A DNA stretch of 63,099 nt, filler included, from Basidiobolus ranarum (taxonomy: Eukaryota), in the NCBI GenBank assembly GCA_040143965.1. It is 15 parts of 15 records of this genome, joined end to end, with 100 filler letters (N's around TTAATTAATTAA, not from the genome) between each part and the next. Parts side by side here need not be neighbours in the genome. Positions count along the whole stretch, not along the records: positions 37,989 to 42,098 come from JASJQH010002113.1; positions 42,199 to 46,303 come from JASJQH010002114.1; positions 46,404 to 50,506 come from JASJQH010002115.1; positions 50,607 to 54,706 come from JASJQH010002116.1; 11 more parts are not named here. One strand, 5' to 3'. Below the pieces are notes generated by a model that worked only from the letters and a program-made list of their open reading frames with translations, had not been told where the DNA came from and did no database searches. This document shows, piece by piece, positions 39,224 to 52,109 of this stretch (positions are counted from its first letter, which is position 1; every line of letters starts with the position of its first letter). The translations under genes were made by a program, and so were the position numbers.

Positions 39224-40416
39224 TCAACGAGTCTAGCTTTCTAAAAGCATATTTTGCAAGACTTATGAAAGTATACAATAATACAGAGATAGGAATCAAG
39301 AAATGGTGAGCATTTGACAGATGTAGTGCAAAAGTCATAACTTTCAAATTTTGAGCTAAAAAAGCAAATACGCTGAAAACTGATTAATCTGAATCATTGC
39401 ATATAAATACTGCTAGCATAGGTATATGCACTGCCAGCAAACTATACTTTCAGGATATATTTTTATAATAAATACGAAGTAATAAATGTATATATGGTGA
39501 CTACTTGTCATGTATTGATCAAATCATTAACATTTATATTCAATCGTGAATATAATTGTATAGGTGAAGAACGTTAGTATAAACATAAGCGTCAGGTAAT
39601 ATCAAACTCACCTATTGGTCAGTACTAAAGCAAGCAGTATTTTATGTAAACAATAGATGGTTAAGATATTTGTAACATTCATAAAAGTGTAATAAAGGTG
39701 TATATATCATCATGGAGATATCCCTAGGTTTTGGATAGGATATGTCTTGTATATTTTCTTTGGCCACAACTTCTCAATCAATGAGTTATAGAACACATTT
39801 GAACCTGTGAGTTGTATGGTTATGGTATTTCAGATTGAGCAGGTTAAACTATCGAAAAAAGCAATTAAAGTTGGATCTAATTCATCCGTTAAGCATATGG
39901 TCTACTTTTCACTATCAATTCTCCGATATCTCTTAGTAACATCCAGAGCTGAAGAGTTAGAAAGTACTACTGGAACGAAGCTTACCTTGAAACAATGGCT
40001 GGTCTAACTCTCTAACAGCATCATCTCTTCGCCCCAACTGGCGGATCGCGTAAATCTCAGTCACTTTCTACAATTGATATTTCCAACTCTATTTTGGGTA
40101 CAGACTAACCTGTCTTGATAAAGTTGGATCACAAATCATCGGCCAACTACCATATCTAGAATTTCATCTCGAAATAATACTCGTGTTTCTTCAATTTAGG
40201 TAATTCCTTGACTTTTATCCTATTGGTCATAGAAGCTTTATAATCACAGTAATTAATCCAATCATATACGAATGCGTTTTTCCGCAGATTATAAACCGGG
40301 TGAACGGGCTCCATATGATACTTACAAGCTATAAATCAAATATCGGCATAATGTTTAACTCGTATATGTACGTAAATATTTATTAAGTATGTGGTGATTC
40401 ATTTAGACAAACCAGT

Positions 40417-40857
40417 CTACAAGAGGAGTTTCACCGAGTTATATGCGATAGTGAGGAACATGCTGAGAAGAGAAAGGTTCAAGGTTGCAGCACCAGCTAA
40501 ACGACCTTTGGGTCCCTTGGAACGATACCCGGCAGCGTAGATCTGACGACCAACAATGTAAGTAAAACCTAATAATCCAGCAAGCTTAGGTTGGAAAAGA
40601 CCAGTGAGGAGTACAAAGACTTGAGCAGAAGAAATTTGTTCCACGTAGTTTTGGTGTGATCTTTGAACGTTGTTGAAGGCAACCCAATCTTCGTCACTAA
40701 GTTTGGCAGCATAACGGCCACATCCCATGTCAGGATAATCAACCTTATACTTCTTTCTAGCAGCACCTACACCGGCACCTAGAACAACAAGTTGAATACC
40801 CATGGAAGCGGCAGCAAGGACTGACCAGGCAAAATCGGCAGAAATGACGATGGACAT
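40417..40857 (-). CDS. MAPEG family microsomal glutathione S-transferase (MGST3-like), intronless
   Basis: ARKKYKVDYPDMG, FNNVQRSHQNYVE and GRQIYAAGY..PKGR. ATG at 40857. Confidence 0.93.
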   Translation of the reverse strand: MSIVISADFAWSVLAAASMGIQLVVLGAGVGAARKKYKVDYPDMGCGRYAAKLSDEDWVAFNNVQRSHQNYVEQISSAQVFVLLTGLFQPKLAGLLGFTYIVGRQIYAAGYRSKGPKGRLAGAATLNLSLLSMFLTIAYNSVKLLL

Positions 40858-41268
40858 TTGATTAGCTTTCAAAACTGGCGATAGTAGGAATTGGATTATG
40901 AGCTTTCAGTCACTTGAGTGCCCTTTTATACATCATACTTCGTAATCTGGAGATGGATGAAGGAACATTCTCGGCCAATATCTCTGTACAAATCCCATTT
41001 GTCAGCAACCTATTTCTTCTTCACGGCTAGATATTTTCGGCATTTACCATTTGGCGAATTTTCAATAATCGTCTTAGATGTTCACGTGTAGACAGATTGA
41101 GTGCTTGCAACTGGGCTCAGAAAAGTCGATCAATTATATAATCAGGGCTTATATGGAATTCGATTTTAAATATTGATGGATAAAATGTTTTACGCATACT
41201 TTTTGCCATTCTGTTGCTTTATTCATCTGGGTTATTGAGAAATTGGAATTCAGAAAAGATTATTCATT

Positions 41269-42022
41269 CTACTGAATCAACTTCAGGGATTTGGCAGCAC
41301 CAAAGAGAGTAATTCCAACCCAGCCTAAGAGGCTTACATCAATAGGAACTACGCCCCAGATACGTCCTTCATAACTAGCTTTCTTATAGCCTTCAGTGTA
41401 AAGAACTCGGCCAAGCTACATCGGTAGAAAACTTGTCAGTAGAATAGTTGAGACGAGCCTCACATTAATCCATCACTTACGATGTAGACGGCGCCCAGGG
41501 AGGCACTGATGTCGGGGAAGTAGAGGCCTCCGAGTAAAACCAAGCTTTGAACAGTGGAGATTTGTTCAACCTATGCAGGATAAAGAGATGAGATGGAATC
41601 AAAACAACGAACCAGCTCGGTGGTGCTTACGTAGTTTTGGTGTGTGCATTGAATGTTGTTGAAGTCAGTCCATTCTTCATCGCTAATTAGTTCAACCAAT
41701 TAGTAGGGATTCCATGGAAGGGGCATGCATCATTGAGACATACGTGAGTTTGGTGGTTAAACGACCATTGCCCATATCAGGGTATATAGATGCATGAGAT
41801 AAATAAGAGAGCTAGTAATGAGAGTTAATCGCCGAGAAACACTTACTGGGACATTATACTTCTTTCTGGCAGCCCCACCGGCTCCTTCAGTCAACAGAAG
41901 TTGGAAACACATACCAACGGCGGCAATCACGCAATTCAACATCCTACATTAGACATTGCACTAACGGCCCGCACGACTTGTCCACTTACCCAGCTCTACG
42001 TCGGAGTAATAACAATGGACAT
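41269..42022 (-). pseudogene. MAPEG paralog with 5 introns, likely pseudogene
   Basis: Exons MSIVITPT*SW / CVIAAVG..ARKKYNVP / YPDMGNGR / DEEWTDFNNIQCTHQNY / VEQIST..VYI / LGRVLY..LIQ*. Stop at codon 9, two acceptors lack AG at the expected position, and a conserved Arg is changed to Cys. Confidence 0.82.
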
Positions 42023-42198
42023 GGCACCAATGACAAGACCTAAATACTCGCAGATCAATCTCTAATTCCATTATAAAGAGGTGGGCTACACCAAATTGNN
42101 NNNNNNNNNNNNNNNNNNNNNNNNNNNNNNNNNNNNNNNNNNTTAATTAATTAANNNNNNNNNNNNNNNNNNNNNNNNNNNNNNNNNNNNNNNNNNNN

Positions 42199-42803
42199 GA
42201 GAAGATTCAGTAGAGTGAGCAGCATCGGAAGAGTGAGAAGCATCGGAAGAGTGAGAAGCATCGGAAGAGTGAGAAGCATCGGAAGAGTGAGAAGCATCGG
42301 AAGAGTGAGTAGCATCGGAAGAGTGAGTAGCAGTAGAATGAGATGCTTCAGTCGAATGAGTAGCTTTAGTAGAATGAGCAGCTTCGGTAGAATGAGTAGT
42401 GCTAGCAGTGTTATCATCTTTATGTTCCTTATACCAATTACAAATTGGTTTCCATTCAAGCGCAGAAGCGTCCATTTGTTCCTTGGGACACTTACCTATG
42501 CATTGGTAGTTTGAACTAATATATTTCTGAGTTTTAGCGACATCTGAACCACAAAGACATGAGAGGGATTTCACAAAGTTAGCGTCTTCTGGATTCGAAG
42601 TGTAGTCAGGCATACATTCTTCACCAGCCGCCTAAGATTAAGAGCTGGTTATCATCTTGCAATAAACTATCAAAATATCAATATCACTATACCTGTGCAC
42701 AAGCAGCGGCACATTCTCCCGGACTTTTGAATGGGAAATCCACTGACTGAACAGCGACTGCTGCGAGAACAACAGTACTAGCGACAAGAAGGGTGGAACG
42801 CAT
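42199..42803 (-). CDS. Secreted Cys-rich protein with His/Ser repeat tail (3' truncated)
   Basis: Exon 42803-42693 (MRSTLLVASTVVLAAVAVQS..ECAAACAQ), intron 42692-42632, then in frame with the 156-aa ORF. Confidence 0.85.
42216..42330. repeat. 18-bp coding tandem repeat (SSDASH) x about 6
   Basis: GAG(A/T/C)AGCATCGGAAGAGT units. Confidence 0.95.
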
Positions 42804-44202
42804 TTAGAAAATCTCTTTAACAAAGAATGGTGTCTTTGTAATATCAAACTCAAATTATATATACCTGCCAACAACATGTTAATTTGGGTAAAACTGAGGC
42901 TTATGGCAATCGGTTAAATCTTTCAGATAAGGAATGTTGAAGTTCTAGGTCAAATCTAATGATCAGTCAACAACACCTGCCCATACAGCAAGAGCATAGA
43001 TATTACAAGTAAAATGAAGCAATAGTTAGCGAGATACTTGGCACAGATATTAGCACATTCGGAAACACCTAAATGACGGATTACCTGGGTACCATCTTCC
43101 GTAACCTAGATTAGGAAAGCGTCTGCTTACACTGGAATATCAAATTGAATTATTTCTAATGAGGTTCTATGGAAGCAATTATATTTGCCCATATGTAGTC
43201 AAAACAATCCCAGGTGAGGTTTTATAAGTATCTAACATATCAACAACCCTAAAAAGCACAGATTAGTCAATTTTAGAAGATCGTTTGGATATATATCCGT
43301 TAACTCTCAATAATACGAATATCATCAGTGTTCTACCTTACCTTGTAAGAAATTTGAATTGGAGCAATAAATTCTCGGGCAGCTAAATATCAGACAATAA
43401 AACAAAATCAAAAGCATTGTTAGCAGGACTTTGAGATTTCTGGGATTGTGGATTCATACCAAGAACATGCTACAATGCTGACAGACACCCATGCGAGTAA
43501 AAAGTGCAACAAATAAAAAGAAATTTCCAAAAGAATTGGCCCCTTTTTTAGCAAAGTTGACATCTTCTACTCGGTGGGTCTGTTCGGGCCCAAAATCAAT
43601 GCGTCTCATAGTGTATTACCCCTCCTACCGCAAATCATTTAGAAGTAGATCTCTTGAAAATGCTCATATGTTGATCATAGTAACGGCTATTTCCTTCAGT
43701 CGAGACTTGTGATCTAGACCAATCATATCACACACGGTAGTACTCGATTTTGAATTTGTGGCCAAGAAGTGAAGTGTTTCTTCGACTATGATGGAGAATA
43801 GATGCTTTTTTACATGCTGACAGTAAAAAGAAGTCTATCTTCCTAGAAACTTCAATGTTTTTCTTCTACAGTACAGTGGCTGTGAATGCCTGTACCCGTA
43901 GAGGTGATTGGAAATTAGTAAATCACAACTCATTCGGCGTAGGAAGAAAAATTGCGTTGCGCACTCAGGGCACTTTGTTTGTCGCCTCTACCCAACTTGG
44001 ATACACTAAAATTAATTCTCAAAGAGGAGGCCTCTCTAGACATATATATGCTAAACCTACTGCATTTTTTTCTTGGCATTGCAAAAATCACGTGTGTCAA
44101 AAAATTCGCCGATTTCCCTTGATCTGTGTTTTATATATATATATATACATATTGGACGCCAGTCCTCAAAACTCTTTGTCGTAGCATTGAAAATAACTTA
44201 AT

Positions 44203-46303
44203 ATGTGGAAGATACACATATTCCTCCTATGTACGCTGACCTTTTTGAAGTCGGCAATCGCAGATGTCAGTGTTTCTTACGCACCAACTGTTACTGTTAC
44301 CGTTTTCCCCACCAGTACGAGTAAGCCGCTGCCTAGTTGCAAAGACGCTGGGTGTCTTAACTTCGGCACATGCAACGATTTTGGTACTTGCTCTTGTATT
44401 CCAGGATTTAGCGACTATGACTGCGGAAGACTCGCCTGCAACTCCTCATCTACCTTAGAAACTAGTAGACAACTCGCTCCAGTGAATGCAGGATGTGAAT
44501 CGTGTGACAAAGGATTTACAGGGTTGAATTGCAATATCTGTACCACCAATGAAGGTTGCTCATCTCAACGGCAATTGTATAAGCCAATCACTACCGGTGA
44601 AACTATGGTCTGCAACACCAAGCCGGAGGTTGTACATCAGAGTTATTTACAATGTCCTGTAACCGGTAAAGTACATTATTCGCTACGTGCTATTCTAACT
44701 TTGCAATTCGTTACTAATCCACTTAATCCTCGCTAATAGACGCAATGTTAACCACTCTTTACCCAGGAGACGTTCAAATGGCATTTACACGGAATATCAC
44801 GGGTTATTCGTACGCTCAATTATTTTGGAATAATAAAGAGCAATTTTCGTGCCATATGACAGACTGCACTCAGAAACTCGTCGGTAAGTAGCAACTCAAG
44901 GATGTCTCCGGTCAAAAGTCTTACCCTTATATATAGGTAACGTTGAATGGGCGTGCAATGATATCAAATGCGAATGTATTCCAGGGGCGGCTTTTTGTGG
45001 AGGTCCTGGTGTGGTTGTAGATATTGGGTCTACAATAGAATCGATGTCTGGATACAACATATTGAGTTGTCATAACGATTCATGCACATGGAAAGGTACA
45101 AATAATTTACTTTGATATTTTGACAAGCAGGCATTAATTTCTGTTTTAATTTCCAGAAAATACCATCTCGGGAATATTCCCTAACGGTTTTCCTCTAAGT
45201 CATTGCAATTTTGGCGAATGTGCCTATCCTTCTGAATTAGATTTCACCATGGGCTCAGCTGTGGGTGTATTGATCCTTTATCGCATGCAAGAAAACACGT
45301 ACTGAACTCTATTTTCTTTCATTTAGACTGCTTATGCAATCAGTACTACTGTTTTGGCAGTGATCATTATCTTTGCATGTGTTATTGCCGCTTTGGTTGT
45401 TCTCTGTGGCTTTGCTAAGCGTACCCAATTGATCATGCGTCGTCGCGACGTTCCTCCACCATCCATGGGAGCAAATATCGAATGGAAAAATCTTACATAT
45501 GAAATTATGTTAAAAGGTAAAAAGTCCAAGAGTGTTACCATTCTCAGTGGAATCTCTGGATGTGCTCTGAAGGGTCAGGTATTGGCCATCATGGGACCAA
45601 GTGGTAAGAATAGCTATCGCATAGTTTTTCAACACAACCAGACCATTTAAGCCTCGTTGTTTTCTGATTAAATTTAGGTACGGGAAAAACCACTCTAGTG
45701 GATATATTAGGTGGGAAACAAAAGAGTGGTAAAGTTTGCGGTAGTCTTCTTGTGGATGGCAGGCCTATGTCTACAACGGAAATGCGTCAATTAGTTGGCT
45801 TTGTCGATCAAGAATTCGTACTGGCTCCTGAACTCACGGTCTTCGAGTCTTTGATGTTTTCCGCTTGCTTGAGACTTCCTGAGTGTATACCCTATGAAGA
45901 AAAACTTGCTAGAGTAGAGACTCTAATTCAGAAATTGGGTTTGGAGAAAGTCAGAGATAGAAGAGTAGGAAGTGTAGCTACTCGAAGCCTCTCTGGTGGT
46001 GAAAAACGGCGTGTTGCCATTGGTTTAGAGTTAGTTAGTGAGCCTGCAATCTTGATTTTGGATGAGCCACTTTCTGGGCTGGATTCATTCTCTGCCTCTA
46101 TGGTTATTGACATTTTGCATGAATTGGCCAAGGGACCCAACAAAACCACAGTAATTCTTACTATACATCAGCCTAGAAGTGATATTTTCCAAATGTTCGA
46201 CAGCACTCTGATTTTAGCCAAAGGCACCACTTTGTATTTCGGACCACCATCGAGAGCAGCTGGCCACTTTGCAATGGCGGATTTGCATTGACCAGCTAAT
46301 AAT
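44203..46303 (+). CDS. ADP1: ADP1-type ABCG half-transporter with N-terminal EGF-like Cys-rich domain (multi-exon, 3' truncated)
   Basis: Signal peptide, EGF repeats (CLNFGTC..CSCIPGFSDYDC), one TM helix, Walker A GPSG|TGKTT split by an intron, LSGGEKRRV, ILDEP and TIHQPRSDIF. Confidence 0.88.
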
Positions 46304-47999
46304 NNNNNNNNNNNNNNNNNNNNNNNNNNNNNNNNNNNNNNNNNNNNTTAATTAATTAANNNNNNNNNNNNNNNNNNNNNNNNNNNNNNNNNNNNNNNNN
46401 NNNTTTGTTTTCGCTAAAATACAAAGGCTCATGATATATAAGCAGTTTCGGAACAACTGAACAAAAATCATCCCTCTATAAGAATGGCTGTCACTCTACT
46501 TAACTAAAGTGACTCTCATGTAAGAATCAAGGCAGGATTTCAAATGTTTATGGGGAATTTTAATACTGACATGATAGAGCTGAAATCTTTGGGAATATGG
46601 CAAAGCACTTCGGATTATCGCACACAAATTTAAACACGAGATGAAAATAATCCACTGATCATTTGGTGGGATTTGAACTCACGAACTAAATTTATGAATC
46701 ATAATAGCACAAGTGCCTTTATTTATTGGGAGTATTGGCTCATTTGTGTTACATGATATAACGGTGTCATCTATCTTCGGATGTTTTCGTGGAGAAGATT
46801 TGATCTACATACATGGATGGCAGGTCACGATTCTTCTAGCAGATTGAGGCAAGCATTGGTTAACTCAAACTTTATGTTAGATTCCATCATAGAAGTTAGC
46901 TCATGGCATATCATACAATTAATATGGATACTCTTGAATCCGACATACTGGGGAGTTAATTGAAGCTTCCAAAAACCTGCTTTGATGAGGTCTATATGTT
47001 TATCTTGTAAACCAACAACCTCATGGTAATCGAGCTGGTCAAAGACCTCCTTTGGAGGTGGAAATTTTGTTCTTATTGATAGTCGATGGATTCGGTGTGA
47101 GGGTATTAACAAGGATCTCACTTTCATAGGATTACCATTAGAATAGCTCCTCTCTTTGGATAAATAATTCTATTTGATGCAAACCATATCACAAGGTATA
47201 AGGTACTGGAGTATTTGTAGCAGCGTTGTAAGCTCTTTTGGTATTTATAGCTTATTGGTATTTCCTTTACCTGCTTGTTAATCAATCCCCGCTTTCTTCC
47301 GATCTTTGTAGTACATTAGAATCATTCACATATGCAAGGGCGAATATATATAGTCTAAGACATGACCTTTCTCTACCAAATGTAGTAAACCTATCAGGTG
47401 TATCTGGTGAATACATCTTATTGTATTCCCAATCGATGATGGAATTGGATTAAGCGAATCAGAAATATCAGCAAAGATCCATGCAGTTATGGCTGGTGTT
47501 CTACGGCAGTCATTGGTGTGTATTATATACTCTACGGTAAGGAAGTTTACCCGTTATTGGGAGGCCTTCAGCCATGTTTAATCGATGATCAATCGAATGA
47601 TCGATTAATCAAGTAAGCGCCATTTTCATTGATTAGTATTAGTGGCGTTAGAAGTGCATTTTGATGAGTGGTGTTAAAATATTACCTCTACTCTTTCGGC
47701 TTGCTTGTATATAACATATGAGTACGGTCAGTGAATAAATACCAATCTAAGTTAATGGAGTTGAGACTGAACTTCTGGAAATATATCCACGTGGGAATAT
47801 TTGAGTTTGCTCAATGTCAGCTGGATTATTCGTGATCATTTGAGAACAGACGAGACATGTATTAGTGGTACTACCTTGAATTTGTACACCTCTCTACGTA
47901 TACATTAAGTGGCTAATTCCAAATATTCATGTTAAATTTACATGGGAACAGGTGCTCACCAAGGATTCGCTGGTTTAAGCTAATCTGTGTCTAATCGAA

Positions 48000-48840
48000 A
48001 AAGAATGAGTGATGATAAATCCAATTAAGGACGTATAAATCGTTGTTAACAGGATTTTGAACATTTGGTACTAGTCCGAGTATTCCCAGTCTAGAATGTC
48101 TTGTTTAAATGGTTCATTTCATCACAAGTTTGGAGGGTAAAACCTGATTGTTGTGCTTGGTGATGATTTAAAATCATCCAGTGCTAAATATATATTCGGT
48201 TCCAAACCTGAAGTGCAATCCACTCATGAGAAAATAGCCAAACTTTCGACCAGCACTAGTGTCAAGTGTACATTCTAGCGGATGTCCAGCCAATTTAGTC
48301 TATTTATGGATTTAAATCAGTTGTAGTAATATAAATTCCTTAGACACCTGGGTAAATGGTAATATAATTCCCCCTTATCGAAAACATAAGGTCAGCTCAA
48401 CTCTAACATCAAAGTTGTATCATGGTAAGACCAACCCAATACCTCGAGTTTCATATGATATATCTATATGTCGCTCGATCATTAGCCCATCGTGTGATGT
48501 GATGCCTGTCCTAAGAGGCATCATGTCCATCTGTTCTGATGTGCTAAACAGCATGTGCCAGAAAGGTTTTTGCATTTAATAAAGCATGCTGCAACAGAAC
48601 ACCATCCTTATTAATGCCACTGATGCCATCGATTATCGTCACCAAATGAGGGCCATTTTGTTGATCACTGGCAGGCTGTCCTTCTCCAGATCTTTTGATA
48701 TTCAAGTAATCCTTCTGGAGTCTATTCCCATCATTGAAATAGCAAGTGACCCGTGTATTATGCGTTCCTTGTGAGCTACGGAATATCCAATAAACACCTC
48801 CAACCATGGATTCTTCTCTTGGATGCATAGGACGAGTCAT
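48000..48840 (-). pseudogene. Possible tyrosinase pseudogene (C-terminal half)
   Basis: QNGPHLV..IDGISG..DGVLLQHA resembles a decayed CuB site (E.GPH...H..IGG..DP.F.LHHA). Many stops. Confidence 0.3.
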
Positions 48841-49790
48841 AATATCGAAGCTTATTCATTTTTATTGGCGAGGGCTGAAAAGAGGCATGCATAGCAAACA
48901 AGTTCAATGACTCACTTTTGAAAGACAATGATATATTGAACCAAAACTAAGAGAAAGCGGGTTCGTGAATTAGTATACCAGAAATTTCACTTTAAGGATT
49001 GATTTTACTCCAAGTGTAAGGAACCGTACTAATGCGAACCCAGGCTATTCATCAACTACTCTTGCATTGCTTAAGTGCGACTCAAAGAAATCTCTCATCT
49101 GCCGTGATACCATTTTTCTTCAAAGCAATGCAATAATCAATTGATGATTTAGAGAGGGCTCACCATCAAACAATGCAAGGTTGACTAATTCCTGCTTGTT
49201 GGAAGTTGTATGGGTAAATTATCGAGCATAACTGGGCTGCAACACAGCCTATCTTCTGGATGCTCACTTAATACAACATCAGGTAAGCTAGACCTGGTTA
49301 TTGTTCATCGCTTATCAATTGTAATCACTCAGAATATTACCTGGACTATACAAATAATTCTTTAGGAAAATAGGGGGCAAGAAAAGCTCCACAATACTAT
49401 ATCAGTGATATTCGTTTATAGTACCGATATGCGAAAGTACTACTGCCCATCGATTCATGCATACCTTCCTTTGGCAAGTGACAAAGCGGAGGGAGTATGG
49501 AATAGGTTTATCAAGACATCTAATATTTTACATTTTGCACTTGGACTTTTGCTATAGCATTCTTACTTGTGCCACCATTCATTTCTACGCATTCCTAGAC
49601 GATTACTCTATCTGATATTAATGAACTACCCTTCCATTGGTCTCTCTAGGCTGGTTCCTGACAATGTTCAGTCATTAGTTTCAATTCCAGTTTCTGATCT
49701 CTGGCCAGCACTTAGTAATAACTAAGTCTATCTTTGGCAACTATCTTTCAGCTGCGCCGTCTCGTTCAATAGATAATGATTCGAATCACT

Positions 49791-50021
49791 TTATGATTAA
49801 GTTGTAAAACTTGTGCTTACTAGAATCAGGATTTCAGAATGGAAGCAATAACTAGGAGTCCTCTCCCCATGTTGTTGAATATGCGATTAATTGGAAATAC
49901 TAGCGGGATACTTTTGTTACGTGTTAAGAGGGTTGAGGAAATCTTTAGGGAGATCTTTAGGGAGTATTAGAAGGCATTCTAGAATCCTGATTCTTGTAAG
50001 CCCAAATTAATCCTAGCATAA
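49791..50021. repeat. MITE-like inverted repeat
   Basis: GCTTACTAGAATCAGGATTTCAGAATG (from about 49816) is near reverse-complementary to CATTCTAGAATCCTGATTCTTGTAAGC (about 49975-50001). Confidence 0.55.
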
Positions 50022-50124
50022 CATATTTTGTTAAAGTATTTTGAGCTGGGCATTTAAGCAAAGATGGCTGTAAAAGAATTGCAAAGGAATAAAAACACAC
50101 TGAATCTGGATATATGGCTACAAC

Positions 50125-50462
50125 TGTTAAGGTACTTGATAGCCTGTTGGAAGTGGTTTGGAGAATTAGAGAACTTGGTGGTTCTGACTTATTGATTTAT
50201 TGAGTTGAAAGTTGACATTTATAATTTGGTCAAGATGTAAACAAACCAACATTTAAAATGTGTTTAGGAAAGTCCCAGAAATATGTGTACAAAGTTTAGG
50301 GCTTCTAGCACTTAGGGTTAGGGTTAGGAACTTCTAAGTTGGTAAAATATTTTAAGTAAATTCCAATTTGGAATAAAGGGTAATATCTTAGGGATATATA
50401 GGATAACTGAATACTAAGCTATATACTACTATATAGGTGCTTAGGCAATGCTACTTTCAACA
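50125..50462 (-). mobile_element. Copia LTR-A containing a short telomere-type insert
   Basis: TG..CA ends and a full-length match to LTR-A except 50312-50327. Confidence 0.9.
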
Positions 50463-50606
50463 CTCTCTGATGGATAATTAACCTTTATTCAACATCTTAA
50501 TTAACTNNNNNNNNNNNNNNNNNNNNNNNNNNNNNNNNNNNNNNNNNNNNTTAATTAATTAANNNNNNNNNNNNNNNNNNNNNNNNNNNNNNNNNNNNNN
50601 NNNNNN

Positions 50607-52109
50607 GATGAATTTATGGACCAAGAAAACCCTAAAACAGTTTTCAGACTCCAGAAAACACTCTATGGCTTAAAACAAGCTCCAGGAGCTTGGAATAGCA
50701 ACACAGACCCTTTTTTGGAAACACTCAAATTCTAAAAGGGTAATACTGACTATAGTAACTACTTCTGGCCAGATAATACAAACCCAGTTTTATTAGCCTA
50801 ATATGTAGATGCTCTTGTTATGGCAACCAATGACTTGCAGACTTTGGAGAAAACCAACTCCAGCTTATCAGCCCATTTCAAAATGACCAATCTGGGTGAA
50901 CTGATGTATTATCTTGGAGTCCAAATTAAGATAGACAGAACTACCAAAACAATAACTTTAAACCAGTATAAGTATGTCCTACATATACTAAAGAAGTTTC
51001 AAATGAGAGAATGTAATCCGGTAACTACCCCAATGGAGACAAATCTTAACTTGACCAAGAATGGCTCAAATCAAAAGTTTTTGGATTCAAGTAAAAGCTA
51101 GGAATTTCCTTATCAATCAATGGTTGGTAGCTAGATGTATATCATGGTTGAAACATGGCCAGATATTGCATAATCTGTGGGAGTTATATGCCAATATCTT
51201 CAAAATTATTGATCTGATTGAACATAGCAGTTAACCAGATTATCAGATATTTGAAAGGTACTGTGGATCTGTGCTTAAAATACAACAATTCTGGATCAAA
51301 CTTTGATCTGATGTGATATTCAGATGCAAATTGGGGAAGAGATATAGAAGATAGGAGGGCTACAACAGGGTACTTATTTCTTTGCTGTAATGGAGCTATT
51401 ACTTGGAATTCAAAAAAACAACCCACCATAGCACTTTCAACAACAGAAGCAGAATACATGGCTGCCTGTGAAGCAACAAAAGAAGCAATATGTTTAAGAA
51501 TACTCTTAACAGATTTAGGTTATTCTCAAAATTCACCAACTACAAGATTTCAAGATAAACAAAGTTGCATCCAATTAGGTAAAAATCCCATGTTTCATAA
51601 TAGAAGCAAGCATATAGATGTTAAGCAACACTTCATAGAGAGACTGTGGAGAATAAGTTTATTGACTTAACTTATTGTTTTACAGAAGACATGATTACTC
51701 ATATATTAACCAAACCATTAGCTAGACAGAAGTTTGAGAAATTTAGACCTTTATTAGGATTAGTTTATATAACTATTTAGTTGAAGGAGATTGTTGTAAT
51801 TAGCATTGCCTAAACATCTATGTATTAATATATAGCTTAGTACTTAGTTACCTTGAAATTCACTAAGATATTACCCATTATTCTCAATTGGAATTAACTT
51901 ACACTACTTTTACCAACTTGGAAGTTCTCATATTTATGGATTTTCAAGCTTGTGCTAGAAGCCCCAAGCTTTGCGCACATGTTCCTGGGACCTTCCTTAA
52001 CACATTCTACATGTTAGTTTGTTTACATCTTGACAAAACTCTAAATGTCAACAGAATAATCAATAAGTCAATAAGTGAAAGCCACAAATTCCTCTAATTC
52101 TCCAAACCA
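50607..52109 (+). mobile_element. Copia-A RT-RNaseH and truncated 3' LTR (from 51792)
   Basis: LQKTLYGLKQAPGAWN, YVDA (for YVDD), SDANWG, RNaseH and PPT. Confidence 0.92.
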
